This document shows positions 48,442-58,988 of a stretch of DNA of 64,000 bases, one piece after another. This DNA comes from Candidatus Onstottus arcticum (GTDB taxonomy: Bacteria; Acidobacteriota; Blastocatellia; UBA7656), in contig JBBPIE010000021.1 of assembly GCA_038040485.1 (NCBI GenBank), positions 35,950 to 99,949 of the forward strand, in the 5' to 3' direction. Each line of letters starts with the position of its first letter. The first letter of the stretch is position 1. The position numbers were made by a program, and so were the translations under genes. Under the pieces are notes generated by a model. It was not told where the DNA came from. It saw only the letters and a program-made list of their open reading frames with translations, and searched no databases.

Positions 48442-49209
48442 ATGCCGAATATCACACGCCGCGAATTCGCCAGTCAGATGGGAAGCTCGCTCGTCACCTT
48501 CTTGCTCGTTCGAACGCTTTGCCGCGACGATGTAATTGCCGGCCCGGCAAGTGGCGCTGCCAATCGATCGCTTATCGAGATGGAACGGCTCAGCAATGCT
48601 CTCGCATCGGGAAAGCTAGAGCCCTTGGAATGGCAACGGGGCATCGAGAGCAGTCTCGCGCACATTGAGCTCCGCGACCTGCTTGCCTCGATCGACTACG
48701 ATAGACTCGCCAGGAATGTCGTGCTCTCCGGTGATTACGAATGGGTCGAGCAGATCGCGCTGTCGAGGAAGCAAGGGCTCCCAGGAAGTTTGAGTTTTTC
48801 ACCGCACTTCTATGCTCTGCAGAAGGGACAGGCAATCGTTCCGCATGGGCATCACAACATGGCGACGATGCACATGGTCTTGCGTGGGCAGGCCCGCGTG
48901 CGTCAGTTCGAGCGCGTCGCCGACGACCCGCAGTACATGACGATTCGCCCGACAAAGGACAAGGTCAGCAGGCCGGGCGAGCTGTCGACGATCTCCGATC
49001 AGAGCGAAAACATTCACTGGTTCGTGGCATTGACGGAACCGGTCTATCTGTTCAACATCGGCGTCTATGACATCCAACCGGGCATAGGGTATAGCGGGAG
49101 GGACTACGTTGACGCAACAGGCGGAGAGCGGTTGACTGGCGGAGCGATCCGAGCGAAAAAGCTGAATCAACACGACGCCTATCGGCTATATGGGAAGTCC
49201 GGAGCGTGA
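48442..49209 (+). CDS. Tat-secreted cupin-domain protein
   Basis: TRREFASQMGSSLV twin-arginine motif. Cupin motifs PHGHHN...E and RPGE...H. Confidence 0.5.
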   Translation: MPNITRREFASQMGSSLVTFLLVRTLCRDDVIAGPASGAANRSLIEMERLSNALASGKLEPLEWQRGIESSLAHIELRDLLASIDYDRLARNVVLSGDYEWVEQIALSRKQGLPGSLSFSPHFYALQKGQAIVPHGHHNMATMHMVLRGQARVRQFERVADDPQYMTIRPTKDKVSRPGELSTISDQSENIHWFVALTEPVYLFNIGVYDIQPGIGYSGRDYVDATGGERLTGGAIRAKKLNQHDAYRLYGKSGA

Positions 49210-49227
49210 TGCCAACAAACGAACAGA

Positions 49228-49737
49228 TCAAAGCGATTGAAAGCTTCGAGCGATCTGGTCAGTCAGGTTGCGAATCGTGTCCAGCGAGCCTCGCTTGCCG
49301 GTGAACCTCAACACCCAGACCGCGTTCTTGTCCTGCAGGTAGTAGTAGGTGTTTGCCGCTCGGCGGCCGCTGTCCACCGTGTAAAAAGATAACCGTATCC
49401 CACTGAGCGGGCCGCCGCCAAAGGGCTCGCGACTGGCGCCCTCGAAGCCGGAACGGTAGATCTTCAAGTTCTCTTCTTCCTGACGAATAAGGTCGGCGAG
49501 CGAGCCCGCCAGAGTCTCTTTCGATATCTTCAGCAACCCTTCGCTGCGGTCGCGGTAAACAAACTCGGTCTTCTGCCGGCCTACCGCGTCGCTGTAGGTG
49601 ACTGGCTTCCATTCCCCGGACAGGGTGAGCTTGAACTTCCCTTCCTTGTCGGCGAATTCCTGACTTGATTGTGCGGTTGCCAACGATCCGAAAGTAAGAA
49701 CGCCAACTGCCAGGAGCAACAAGCCTCTGTACTTCAT
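49228..49737 (-). CDS. secreted hypothetical protein
   Basis: Start MKYRGLLLLAVGVLTFGSLATAQ. The ORF-track start at 49851 overlaps rph. Confidence 0.45.
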   Translation of the reverse strand: MKYRGLLLLAVGVLTFGSLATAQSSQEFADKEGKFKLTLSGEWKPVTYSDAVGRQKTEFVYRDRSEGLLKISKETLAGSLADLIRQEEENLKIYRSGFEGASREPFGGGPLSGIRLSFYTVDSGRRAANTYYYLQDKNAVWVLRFTGKRGSLDTIRNLTDQIARSFQSL

Positions 49738-49847
49738 ACTGCCTCCTACAACGCGTGTTCGGCGATCGCCCAACAAACTGGAAGGCTTAATGATCGCCAA
49801 GATCACTGATGCCGCGGCCGCTTCGAGAGTTGTACAAGCATCAGCCT

Positions 49848-50579
49848 TCAATGCAAGTCGCCAAGCACAGCACGCTGATGTTGGACCAGTTGCTCGATGC
49901 CCAGGCTTGCAAGCACGGTCATCTCATCCATCTGGGTCTGAGTGAACGGCTTGGTCTCGGCGGTGCCCTGGATTTCGATATACTGGCCGCCGCCTGTGCG
50001 CACGACGTTCATGTCGACTTCGGCGCGCGAGTCTTCGACGTAGTCCAAATCGAGGAGCGCTTCTCCGCCGATCATGCCTACCGAGATCGCCGCAACGTAG
50101 TCGGTCACCGGGAGCGGAGCGGCTAGTTTGCCTTCGTTGTAGAGCTTGCGGAGCGCGATCACCAGCGCCACGAACGAGCCGGTTATGGAAGCCGTGCGAG
50201 TGCCGCCGTCGGCTTGAATAACGTCGCAATCCAGATAGATGGTTCGTTCACCCAATCGATTCGGCTGGACGACCGCTCTAAGCGAGCGCCCGATCAATCG
50301 CTGTATTTCCTGTGTGCGCCCTGAGAGCCCGCCGCGTCCTGCTTCGCGCTGAGTGCGGCTCTCCGTAGCGCGCGGCAACATAGAGTACTCAGCCGTAACC
50401 CAACCTTCACCCCGCCCTCGCTTAAACAGAGGGACCCGGTCGTCAATGGAAGCGGTGCAGATGACTCGCGTCTCTCCCATCTCGATCAACACCGAGCCTT
50501 CCGCGTAGCGCGTGAAACCCGGTGTGATCTTTACCGATCGAAGTTGATCGCTCGCCCGGCCAGGCCGCCTGTACCCCAT
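49848..50579 (-). CDS. rph: ribonuclease PH
   Basis: [11 protein letters not shown]-like N-terminus ([12 protein letters not shown]). [19 protein letters not shown]-domain motifs. Confidence 0.9.
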   Translation of the reverse strand: MGYRRPGRASDQLRSVKITPGFTRYAEGSVLIEMGETRVICTASIDDRVPLFKRGRGEGWVTAEYSMLPRATESRTQREAGRGGLSGRTQEIQRLIGRSLRAVVQPNRLGERTIYLDCDVIQADGGTRTASITGSFVALVIALRKLYNEGKLAAPLPVTDYVAAISVGMIGGEALLDLDYVEDSRAEVDMNVVRTGGGQYIEIQGTAETKPFTQTQMDEMTVLASLGIEQLVQHQRAVLGDLH

Positions 50580-50633
50580 TCGTTATCTCCGTTCCGCGCG
50601 GTGGCTTCGAAGGCAGCTAATCGCTGCCCACGA

Positions 50634-51035
50634 CTAATGGCCTCGTCGGATTCGCGTCTTGCCGTCGATTAGAATCGACGAGAGCTGCTCAATCTCTTGC
50701 TCAGTTTCGTCAATCGTTTCCGTTAAGCTGTCGGCTTCGAAGGACTGCCCGATCGACACCTTCCCAAGATCATCGACTCCGGGCCCCAGCTCCCGAATCT
50801 CATCTTCGATCAAGAGAATCTCATCGATCGAAACGACGGCGTCCGCCACGTGCTCGCACATCAAGTCAACCGTGGCACGCACCGCCGCCGCGCGATCTCC
50901 CGCCGACAACAGCGCGGCTCGTGTGTTCTCCACGCGCTTGAGCAAGGCAACGCGCCCCTTTTCAAGCTCGTCGATTTCGCGCGAGATCTCAGCCAGCCTC
51001 ATCGCGGCCGTTTCCGCAGGGTGTCTGTCAGTCAT
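50634..51035 (-). CDS. acidic coiled-coil hypothetical protein
   Basis: 133 aa. No recognisable domain. Confidence 0.35.
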   Translation of the reverse strand: MTDRHPAETAAMRLAEISREIDELEKGRVALLKRVENTRAALLSAGDRAAAVRATVDLMCEHVADAVVSIDEILLIEDEIRELGPGVDDLGKVSIGQSFEADSLTETIDETEQEIEQLSSILIDGKTRIRRGH

Positions 51036-51143
51036 TGCTCAGTCTCGCGGTTGGAACCACAAGGGGCGGACGTTTGCCGCAGTTGTTCTGGCCAACGTCC
51101 GCCCCAGCGGGTATCGCAATCTTTCCCTTCACGACGTTCAAAG

Positions 51144-51497
51144 TGGAGGTGGAGAGAATCGAACTCTCGTCCGGCAGCCATCAGCGAAAGACTCTACATA
51201 CATAGTTGCTTCCTTTTGATTCGCCCGCCGCGACAGTGGAAGCAACTAAGCATCGCGCCGGGCTAACTCAGATTGGTCTTTCCCTCCGGTCCCCTGAGTA
51301 CGGGACCTTTGGGGCAGCCTGCTAAAGTTACATTTCACATCCGAAACACAGGCGATTTCGGAGGAAACGTGACTGCGATTAAGCAGCCAAAGCTAGATCG
51401 CTATTCGCGATTGTTTTTTCCAAGCTTGATAACGCGGAGCGTGGGCCGCGGTATGCATCCGTCGCCTCAGAGTCCCCCGTCGAAACCAGGCACCCCC
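51144..51497 (-). ncRNA. ssrA: tmRNA (ssrA), ~354 nt
   Basis: The minus-strand RNA begins GGGGGUGCCUGGUUUCGACGGGGG, close to the tmRNA 5' consensus. It ends GGACGAGAGUUCGAUUCUCUCCACCUCCA, a T-arm plus an acceptor strand that pairs with the 5' end including a G-U wobble. Internal tag ORF GCG AAT AGC GAT CTA GCT TTG GCT GCT TAA encodes ANSDLALAA-stop. Confidence 0.85.
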
Positions 51498-51610
51498 AAA
51501 GCACAATCGAGCTTAGCACCCGCTTTCTGACAGAGTCAAGGAATCGCCCATTCGAACTATCGACGAGAGCGTGCTGTTCGAACTGGCTTCCCTTCCGCGG
51601 AGCGCGAGAC

Positions 51611-52633
51611 CTAGGCGGACTGGGCCAAAACGCGCGCTTGACCGATAGCCTCCTCGTAGCGCGCGAAGCAGGCCGCAAACTCTTCTTCGCTCGAAGGGAA
51701 CTTGCCGTACCAGAAATAATCGAAGCGGTCGGTGAGGTAGCGCATCGGAGCCGCGACAGAAACCATGTTCGAGACTTTCGCGAGGTACTCGTGATTGGTG
51801 GCGCTCTCGTCCAGCTCGATCAAGCCTCGTTCGTTGAGCTCGTACAAAAGCGAAATATACAAACTCCGGATGCCGGCACGAAAGTCACCTCCTCGCGCGC
51901 TCGCCAGCGCGGCATCCGCGAGATCGCGCGAAGTCGTTCCCTCAGCTATCTCCTCTCCCAGCACTCGGCGCTTCCTGGCGCGGCGTTTTCCCGGACGGAT
52001 CGCCCTCGCCATTCGCACCAGGCCGTACACCGCAGCCATCAGCAGAACCACGATCAGCACCGTCGAGACCCATCCGCTCCTGGCGCTAGCGCCGAACAAT
52101 CGCTCGATGAGCCTGCCAAAGGCCGAGTAAATCTCACCCAGGAACGCCGTGATCTTCTGCCGAATCTCCTTGACGACCTTGCCTATCCGAGTCTCCTGCT
52201 CCTGCTGAAACTCGGGCTGCGCGAGGATGCCGCGTAGTTTTTCGCGAGCCTCGCTCGACCGGACCTCGCTTGCCGGAGGCGACTGAGAGCGGCGCAAGTG
52301 TTCATCGAGTTCGCGAAGCCACGCCTCCGTCTCGTCCAGCTTTGCCTGCCGTTGCGAAGCGTCTGTCTCCTTCTCGTATCCATCAAGCGCCTGGTGAAGC
52401 CAGGTGTTATCGACCGTGACCACACCGTCTTCCACTCCTATCTCCTCCGACTTGGGTAGAAGCTTCTTGATGTAGCTCACGCCTTCTTCACCGTACTCGG
52501 GGTCGGCTTTCATGCGCGCGACTTGTTCCGCAGCACGAACAACTCGGTTCTCATAGTTGAGCAAGCGCGACGCGGCCGTCGCGACAGCAGTCAGCGCAAA
52601 AGCGACAAAGAGTATTGCGAAACCTCTTTTCAC
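51611..52633 (-). CDS. DUF4129-like membrane-anchored protein
   Basis: 340 aa. Signal peptide/TM plus a central TM. C-terminal region resembles DUF4129. Family assignment by recall. Confidence 0.4.
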   Translation of the reverse strand: MKRGFAILFVAFALTAVATAASRLLNYENRVVRAAEQVARMKADPEYGEEGVSYIKKLLPKSEEIGVEDGVVTVDNTWLHQALDGYEKETDASQRQAKLDETEAWLRELDEHLRRSQSPPASEVRSSEAREKLRGILAQPEFQQEQETRIGKVVKEIRQKITAFLGEIYSAFGRLIERLFGASARSGWVSTVLIVVLLMAAVYGLVRMARAIRPGKRRARKRRVLGEEIAEGTTSRDLADAALASARGGDFRAGIRSLYISLLYELNERGLIELDESATNHEYLAKVSNMVSVAAPMRYLTDRFDYFWYGKFPSSEEEFAACFARYEEAIGQARVLAQSA

Positions 52634-53895
52634 CCTGCTGGCTCCTCGCTAGTCATAGCCGAAGCTTCGATCGTGTTTCCGCACACCATGCAAAAGCCCG
52701 CTCCGGCGTCAAGCTCGGCGCCGCACTTAGCACACGATTGAACCGCTTCAACCGAAGTTCCCGGAAGCTCCCCAGGGTTCTGGGCGGTCGCACCAACTGG
52801 CTCGCTTGGAGCCGGTCTGATCTCGCGCCCAAACCCCGCAAGCCCGAGCGGGCCGGTCTGCACATAAGCCCTGCCCTGCGTAAACGAAGCCGGCGTCGTG
52901 TAGCCAAGCGGCGTCTGCACGGTCGGCTGCCAATAGAAACCGGGCGCCACCTCGCGCGCCAGCAATTCCAGGTCGTAGGCTTCCTTGCGGACCCGGCTGT
53001 CAAAATACAACAAGGTGAATGACACGATCCAGATCGGCAACGACAACAGACTCGCGATGTCGCGGAAAGACGAATAGACGATGGTCCATCCCGGACTCAT
53101 AAAGAACTCGGTCGTCGAAAACCCGGCCAGGTACAACCCCGCCAATAGCGGTAGCATCAGCGCCGATAGCAAGGAAAGCGAAACGAAATAGGTGAACAGA
53201 AGGATCGCTCCAACGCGATACCAGTTTCCCTTTCCCAGTCTAAAGGCTCGCCCGATCGCGGTACCCGCCGACTCGCCCTCAATCATCACGATCTGAGGTA
53301 GGAAGACAACGCGCGCCGCGATCTGGCAAGCGAGAAAAATCAACGCCGCAAGAACCGCGAGCGCCAAAATCACGAACAGCGTGATCGTCGCCCACTGCGG
53401 GAGCTGCATTGCTGTCATCACTCCTGCGATAACGCTTGCTACCAAAGCGAGCCCGACGACCACTATCGAAAAAACAACGTACAGTCCGATAAGAAGCGCC
53501 ACCAACAGCAGTGCGAGAAGCAGTATGTGACCGCCTCGCTTCCATGCCGCCGACACGCTCTTGCGCAGTGTTATCGGCTCGCCCATCATCAAGTGATCGC
53601 CGACCGCGCGCGACAATCCCGCTACAGTCGCCAACAGAAGAAACATATGGACGGGATAGCCCAGACCTCCCAGTGCGAGCATTACGATGGACTCGGCGCC
53701 AACCGACGACGCGTTCGTAGCTGCCGTGAGCAGGCTCGTGTAACCAAACCAGAACATCATTGATGACAGGTAGCCAAACAGCGTGGGGATCGCGACGATT
53801 GCAACAAGTGGAGCAAAGTTCCGTCGATAGAGCCGGACCGCGCGATCGATCACGTCGCCCGTGGACATCGGCTCGAGGATGGTGAACGTAGCCAT
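52630..53895 (-). CDS. polytopic membrane protein with C-terminal zinc-ribbon (CAKCGAELDAGAGFCMVCG)
   Basis: 421 aa, at least 8 TMs, then a cytoplasmic CxxC...CxxC motif. 4-bp overlap with the downstream gene. Confidence 0.45.
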   Translation of the reverse strand: MATFTILEPMSTGDVIDRAVRLYRRNFAPLVAIVAIPTLFGYLSSMMFWFGYTSLLTAATNASSVGAESIVMLALGGLGYPVHMFLLLATVAGLSRAVGDHLMMGEPITLRKSVSAAWKRGGHILLLALLLVALLIGLYVVFSIVVVGLALVASVIAGVMTAMQLPQWATITLFVILALAVLAALIFLACQIAARVVFLPQIVMIEGESAGTAIGRAFRLGKGNWYRVGAILLFTYFVSLSLLSALMLPLLAGLYLAGFSTTEFFMSPGWTIVYSSFRDIASLLSLPIWIVSFTLLYFDSRVRKEAYDLELLAREVAPGFYWQPTVQTPLGYTTPASFTQGRAYVQTGPLGLAGFGREIRPAPSEPVGATAQNPGELPGTSVEAVQSCAKCGAELDAGAGFCMVCGNTIEASAMTSEEPAG

Positions 53896-53950
53896 CAGAA
53901 GGTCTTCGTTCTAGTCGGTTCAATCGGTTGGTTCAGGAACACCCACTCCA

Positions 53951-54259
53951 CTATTCAACCTCTTCCAAAGACAACCTTCGTCTCTCAAGTCGCTTCAGTG
54001 CTTTCTTGCGAGCCGCAGTGTGAGAGATGCCTCGCCCGTTTTCTATCTGGCTCTCCGCGGTGTGAAGGTCCTGCATGAGTTCAAGCTTCGCCAGGAGTTT
54101 TTCGTATTCGGAGACGTCAAGCAAGACTGCCGCGCCTCTTCCTTGCTGAGTGATGACGAGTGGCCGTTTTGTGCGCCGTACTTGCTGAACGAGCTGAGCA
54201 ACATTGGCGCGAAACTCTGAAATCGGTTTCACATCCTGGTCTAAGATGGCCCTTTGCAT
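53951..54259 (-). CDS. Phd/YefM-family type II antitoxin (no cognate toxin gene adjacent)
   Basis: N-terminal ISEFRANVAQLVQQVRRTKRPLVITQQGRGAAVLLDVSEYEKL matches the Phd/YefM fold. Confidence 0.7.
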   Translation of the reverse strand: MQRAILDQDVKPISEFRANVAQLVQQVRRTKRPLVITQQGRGAAVLLDVSEYEKLLAKLELMQDLHTAESQIENGRGISHTAARKKALKRLERRRLSLEEVE

Positions 54260-54327
54260 AGCGAACCTTCCAGATCATTGTATGAATTAGTCCCACGCAC
54301 CGGGTCTAGTTGGGTTTCCCCGCTGTT

Positions 54328-55206
54328 TCAAATTGGTTTATTCGCTACGGACAGGAAGTCTTTTTCGTATTTTGACCATTCCACGAATACACCATTCCTC
54401 ATATCGTCTCTTAGGTTGAACCTCTCAGCCATTCCCTTGTCAATGGAATAGAGAAGTCCACGAAACGGCGCTTCCAGTTCCACAGCCTCCTTGAGCAAGC
54501 CGCTCAAGAACTCTTCGATCCTTGCTAGAGCCTCAAATGATGGCCGGTTCGAAAAAGATGGGTCCATAAGGGCCTTTAGCCAAAAGTCGTGCACAAACCG
54601 GTTTCTCTTCTCTACAAATTCAGCAAGGCGCTCCTCAAAGCCACGGTTGAATAAGCTGGCTTTCTCAAGCGCCCCTTTCAGTGTGCCTAACATTTCATTT
54701 TTGTGGTTTGGGTCGGACGACAAGAAATCCGAGAGATCCAAGGTTTTGCCGTTCTTGGTCTTCAAACCTAACGCCGAGCAACAGCAGTGGACGAAGTATT
54801 CTAGGATTTGTAACTGAATCAGCGAAGCTCCTGTGAGCATTTGCAAGTAGTCTCTGTACGCGTTTCGTTTTACTTCCTCTCTCACCCAGTGCATCCCTAC
54901 ATCTCTTCCGAACCATTCGTCCGCTTGATGGATCCAGTCTCCAAGGGCAATGTGATAATCGTCGTCATTCGTTCTGTTCTTGAGAGAAATCAGAATTCCA
55001 GCCACCGCCCGCATATCTGATTCTCGAAGCTTGCGTTTGAAGCTGACGCTACTCGCGTGAATCTCAACATCGAGCTTCCTAAGAGTATCTTCCTCATCAG
55101 AACCTAATAGTTCCCTGTAGTCTGCCATTGTCTTTGCCTCTGTATCATTCGCTTTCTTAGCGGTTTCGAGTTCCTCTTCGAGTCGCGATGGGCTCAAGAT
55201 TAGCAA
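54328..55206 (-). CDS. hypothetical protein with R-x4-H (HEPN-like) motif, low-GC islet; candidate Abi-like protein
   Basis: 292 aa. KRNRFVHDFW matches the Rx4-6H HEPN signature. Low GC. Sits upstream of the orphan Phd antitoxin on the same strand. Confidence 0.35.
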   Translation of the reverse strand: MLILSPSRLEEELETAKKANDTEAKTMADYRELLGSDEEDTLRKLDVEIHASSVSFKRKLRESDMRAVAGILISLKNRTNDDDYHIALGDWIHQADEWFGRDVGMHWVREEVKRNAYRDYLQMLTGASLIQLQILEYFVHCCCSALGLKTKNGKTLDLSDFLSSDPNHKNEMLGTLKGALEKASLFNRGFEERLAEFVEKRNRFVHDFWLKALMDPSFSNRPSFEALARIEEFLSGLLKEAVELEAPFRGLLYSIDKGMAERFNLRDDMRNGVFVEWSKYEKDFLSVANKPI

Positions 55207-55255
55207 CTAGCAGGAGTTCTCGATTGATATGCTTCATTGACCTATTGCGGGCTTA

Positions 55256-55576
55256 CTACTCAACCTCAATCCGATAGCTCACCATCCAAAGCTCAAGCTG
55301 GTCGAGGCGCTTCTTCCATCGAACTTTGAACCTCTTCATCCATTGGCGATTCTTAGCCGAATCTGGTGCGTCAACTACGATTCTCACGAGATCATCTCGG
55401 TAGAGAATACTCCCGTGCCGCCAGTGACCCTCGACCTTTTGGGTCTCATAGCTCGCTGCGCCGAAGTGATCTACGACTTCCAACACCGCTTCAGCCAACC
55501 ATTCAGAGGGTACTTCTCGACCGTCGTTGAACTGGAGTGGAAGCAACACCTCGAATCGCCGCCATCTGCTGCTCAT
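55256..55576 (-). CDS. hypothetical small protein (106 aa), overlaps the upstream small ORF
   Basis: Basic C-terminus (KRFKVRWKKRL). 74-nt overlap with the 81-aa ORF in another frame. Confidence 0.35.
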   Translation of the reverse strand: MSSRWRRFEVLLPLQFNDGREVPSEWLAEAVLEVVDHFGAASYETQKVEGHWRHGSILYRDDLVRIVVDAPDSAKNRQWMKRFKVRWKKRLDQLELWMVSYRIEVE

Positions 55577-55748
55577 AGGTGGTTTTGCCTTTTACCGCAA
55601 AAGGGATGTTTTGGTCGGCAAGAGCCTCTAGCGCTGCCTCGGGAACCAGGTGTTCACCCGAACGAAGCACGCGGCCGGAAAAGCGCCCAAGCAGAAAAGC
55701 TAACGCTCGTTTCTCAGTCTCGCGGTCCGGGAATTCAATGGTTACCAT
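55503..55748 (-). CDS. hypothetical small protein (81 aa), possible antitoxin-like partner
   Basis: MVTIEFPDRETEKRALAFLLGRFSGRVL. No domain recognised. Confidence 0.35.
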   Translation of the reverse strand: MVTIEFPDRETEKRALAFLLGRFSGRVLRSGEHLVPEAALEALADQNIPFAVKGKTTYEQQMAAIRGVASTPVQRRSRSTL

Positions 55749-55824
55749 CTTCTCTTAACCTCATATGAAGTTTGTAGCACTCTCTGAATCTTGAGTAAAG
55801 CACACCATCTTCGCAACTAAATCC

Positions 55825-58005
55825 CTACCGTCCTGCTTGAGCCGCTGATGCTCGCTTCAAGACCTTTTTCGCGGTCACGTGCTTCATCAATCCGGCTTTG
55901 TCCAAAAAGTAAGTCGAAGCGGCTTTGCTCTTGCTGAACAGCTTCTCGGCCTGATCGTCCCAATGCCCGCTCTCCTTATGATCGCTCTCGCCAAGCGGGA
56001 TGATCGCATAGGACTTTGGCGGATTGGTCAGCACAACTATCTGTGTCGAAGTCTGCCCGCCTTGCCCGACCATCTCCTTGCCCGCGGGTGCGAAGCTGAT
56101 CGCGCGAGGCGTAGCCATCCCGACGTTGTTCGCTCCGCCGTTCAGAGAGCCCCCGCCTACCGGCCACGTCTTGCTGCCGCCCTTGCGTCCCACGCGGAAA
56201 TACGTGCCGTAAGGAACAGCTACGGACCCGAAGTTTGATCTCAGCCACTCGCTCGCTTTCTGAATCGCCGCGGTGATCTGCTCGTCGCTTATGTTCGCGG
56301 GAACGTCGACCGCGCGAGCGAGCTCCGGTGCGAGTGATTTCTTGAACGCATAGAAAGCGAGAGCGCCCGCTGAACCGGCGTCGCTTCGCCGATCCCACTT
56401 CTGGATTAGATCGTAGACGCTCGCCGCGTCAGGCGAGATCATCGAGCCCGGATTGCCGCCCTCCGACGCCGAAGACGCCGTTGCGACCGCGGTCATCTTC
56501 GTCCACGCATCCTTCAGTCGAGCTTGCCACTGCTCGGCGTGGTAGACCCGCGGGCTGAACGCGATGTCGATCGCCTGTTCAATCGTCACTTTGTTCGCCG
56601 CTTCCAGAAGCTCGGTCATCATCTCGGCTCGCTGATGCCGAGGCGCCGTTCGCGTCGCATTGTAGACGTAGGGTGACGCCGCGTAGGTCTCAGGCGTGAG
56701 CGGACTGTCCTTCATCATTCCAAAAGGCGAAACGTTGCAGTTGTGCATATACCCGCTCGGCGGATTCGTGATCTGAACGAGGTCGCTCAGTTGATGAACG
56801 CCCTGCCACTCAGTCGTCGAAGAATTTCCGGGAATCGGCTTGTTCGGATCGACTCCTCTGGCGCGGACCGGAACTCGCCCGTTCCGAACGTAGTAGATGT
56901 CGCCCTGGACTGTTCCAACCATGATGTTCTGCGACATCAATTGAAGTTGACCAAGGGCCTTCTTCATCTGGTCGAGGTTCCGCGCCATCATCATCTCGTA
57001 GATTTGATCGGTGAGTCCCACTTCGTTCGCGTACGGAATCGCCATCGAATAAGCCTTGGCGGCTTTGTGCGCGACTATGGGCCCGTGATGCGAGTACTCG
57101 ATCTCGACTTCGCGCCAATCCACGGCGTCACCCTTCTTCACGCCGATCCTTGCCTTGCGCGTTTCGATGTCGCGCCACTTCCCATCGTAGCTGTACTGGC
57201 GCGGGTTCGCGGGATTCAACGTCTCTTCGTAGATGTCCGAAGTGTCCGGCCCGCCCGTTGTCATCGCAACCGAGCAGTAGCGGCTGTGCGCGAGGCTCGG
57301 CAGCGGAACGCCCAGGATGCACACGCCCGACACATTGTAGTCGCCCGCGTAGATGCGCACCTGGTAGAAGCGAAACTCGTCGTACCAGCTCAAGTGCGGA
57401 TCGATAACTGCGATCGGAGCTTTCATCGCCGTTCGCGACGGCGCAATCAGCATCTCGTTCGAGCCGCGGTAAGCTGCCGGGTCGGGTTGAATGCCGCCGC
57501 GCTGCAAGTCGCCTCCCGCTTCACCAAGCGGCCATCCCCAGATGATATAGCGGCCAAGCGCGATCACGTCCCACGGATGAATCTCCTGCGCCCACTTCGG
57601 TACCTGTTCCGGATGATCTTTCATGAACAGCTTGATGCCGTCCTGGTAGGCCTCGATGCAAGCGCGCATTTTCGGGCTGACTTCGTTGTATTTCTCGCGG
57701 CTGATCTCGGCGTGCCGCCACATTCTCTGAATAACGTCCGAGCGATAGAAGTCCTGCCCGAAGACTTCGGCCATCGTGCCGTTGGCTCGGCGGTAGTTTT
57801 TGAGGAGTTCTTCCAACCGGTCCTCGGCTTGCGCGTAGCCGATCCCAAACGACGCGGTTTCCAACGTCTGAGCAAAGACGTGCGGGATGCCGTACTCGTC
57901 TCGATAGATCGTAGCTTCGTCGTTGGCTCGCGCCGCTGACGAAGTTCGCGCCGCGAACGGCACTACAAGTGATAAAGCGATGATCGCTAAAAGAACCCTC
58001 TTCAT
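55825..58005 (-). CDS. penicillin acylase family (S45 Ntn-hydrolase; penicillin amidase / AHL acylase-like), secreted
   Basis: Signal peptide. [33 protein letters not shown]-terminal alpha-subunit signature. 726 aa. Confidence 0.85.
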   Translation of the reverse strand: MKRVLLAIIALSLVVPFAARTSSAARANDEATIYRDEYGIPHVFAQTLETASFGIGYAQAEDRLEELLKNYRRANGTMAEVFGQDFYRSDVIQRMWRHAEISREKYNEVSPKMRACIEAYQDGIKLFMKDHPEQVPKWAQEIHPWDVIALGRYIIWGWPLGEAGGDLQRGGIQPDPAAYRGSNEMLIAPSRTAMKAPIAVIDPHLSWYDEFRFYQVRIYAGDYNVSGVCILGVPLPSLAHSRYCSVAMTTGGPDTSDIYEETLNPANPRQYSYDGKWRDIETRKARIGVKKGDAVDWREVEIEYSHHGPIVAHKAAKAYSMAIPYANEVGLTDQIYEMMMARNLDQMKKALGQLQLMSQNIMVGTVQGDIYYVRNGRVPVRARGVDPNKPIPGNSSTTEWQGVHQLSDLVQITNPPSGYMHNCNVSPFGMMKDSPLTPETYAASPYVYNATRTAPRHQRAEMMTELLEAANKVTIEQAIDIAFSPRVYHAEQWQARLKDAWTKMTAVATASSASEGGNPGSMISPDAASVYDLIQKWDRRSDAGSAGALAFYAFKKSLAPELARAVDVPANISDEQITAAIQKASEWLRSNFGSVAVPYGTYFRVGRKGGSKTWPVGGGSLNGGANNVGMATPRAISFAPAGKEMVGQGGQTSTQIVVLTNPPKSYAIIPLGESDHKESGHWDDQAEKLFSKSKAASTYFLDKAGLMKHVTAKKVLKRASAAQAGR

Positions 58006-58105
58006 GATCTGATCCTCCGGAGTGGTGTGGCGCGGGCTTGAGCCTGCGAGTCTTCAACCGGTGCGATATTAGGTCAGCGCGAACACGATTGTCCATGCCC
58101 AACGG

Positions 58106-58166
58106 TTCATTGCAAATCAAGGGACTTTGTTAGAGAATAACGCCGCCTCGAAGCTCGCGCCTGAAA
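58106..58166 (+). promoter_or_regulatory. conserved ~55-nt upstream element (copy 1), shared with 62750-62807
   Basis: attgcaaatcaagggactttgttagagaataacgccgcctcgaagctcgc against attgcaaatccacggactttattagagaataacgccgcctcgaagctcgc. Contains TTGCAA-17-GAGAAT, a promoter-like arrangement. Confidence 0.55.
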
Positions 58167-58244
58167 ATCAGAGATCGCGAGCAGACCGTCCCTCATCACA
58201 AGAATATTGAGGATGCTTGATCGTCCCTTGAGCCGAGTATTCCA

Positions 58245-58988
58245 ATGATCAGCAAAGCGAGCGGCGCATCCATCGGTAATGAGATTCTCGCCGCCCTGCC
58301 AAGTCATGAATACAATCGAATTGCCCCTAACCTGGAATCCGTGCGCTTGACCTATGGGAAGGTGGTTTATCATTTCGGCGATCATATCGGTCACGTTTAC
58401 TTTCCCCAAAGCGGAATGGGTTCTTTGCTTTCCGTTACGTTAAGCGGCCAGAGCATCGAGATAGGCATGGCAGGCAGAGAAGGTGTACTGGGCATTCCAG
58501 TGATTTTAGGAAGAAGTAGAACACCGTATCAGGTTCGGGTCGAGGTTCAAGGAACCGCCCTGAGAATCAAGGCGAATCTACTAAGGGAAGAGTTTAGCCG
58601 GCGCGGTTCGCTGCATGACCTGTTGCTTTCCTACACCTACGTGCTGCTTGCTCAACTTTCACAATCCGCGGTCTGCAACCGTTTCCACACGGTTGACCAG
58701 CGGCTATGCCGCTGGCTGCTGATTGCCAGTGACCGTGTAGATTCGAACAAGCTCAAGTTCACTCAGGATTCACTCGCCCAAATGCTGGGTTCACGCCGGC
58801 AGGGAGTGGCTGAAGCTGCGAACAAGCTTCAGAAAGCAAAGCTAATTCACTATGCTCGGGGCCGCATTACTATCCTTGACCGGCGGGGATTGGAGTCGGC
58901 CTGCTGCGAGTGCTATGAAATCGAGCATGCTTTGCACGATGCAGCAGTTGAAGGGGACCGGTTCCGGTCGATCCGCATAAGTCCGTAA
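58245..58988 (+). CDS. Crp/Fnr family transcriptional regulator
   Basis: cNMP-binding beta-barrel. C-terminal HTH QDSLAQMLGSRRQGVAEAANKLQKAKLIHYARGRITILD. Confidence 0.85.
   Translation: MISKASGASIGNEILAALPSHEYNRIAPNLESVRLTYGKVVYHFGDHIGHVYFPQSGMGSLLSVTLSGQSIEIGMAGREGVLGIPVILGRSRTPYQVRVEVQGTALRIKANLLREEFSRRGSLHDLLLSYTYVLLAQLSQSAVCNRFHTVDQRLCRWLLIASDRVDSNKLKFTQDSLAQMLGSRRQGVAEAANKLQKAKLIHYARGRITILDRRGLESACCECYEIEHALHDAAVEGDRFRSIRISP

Noticed and set aside
51040-51110. Hairpin GGGGCGGACGTT...AACGTCCGCCCC as a terminator for the tmRNA
   Set aside because: It lies 35 nt beyond the tmRNA 3' end with no U-tract. It may still be a processing/termination structure, but the evidence is insufficient to call it.
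56743-57939. 398-aa plus-strand ORF
   Set aside because: Antisense to the penicillin acylase gene. Arg-rich.
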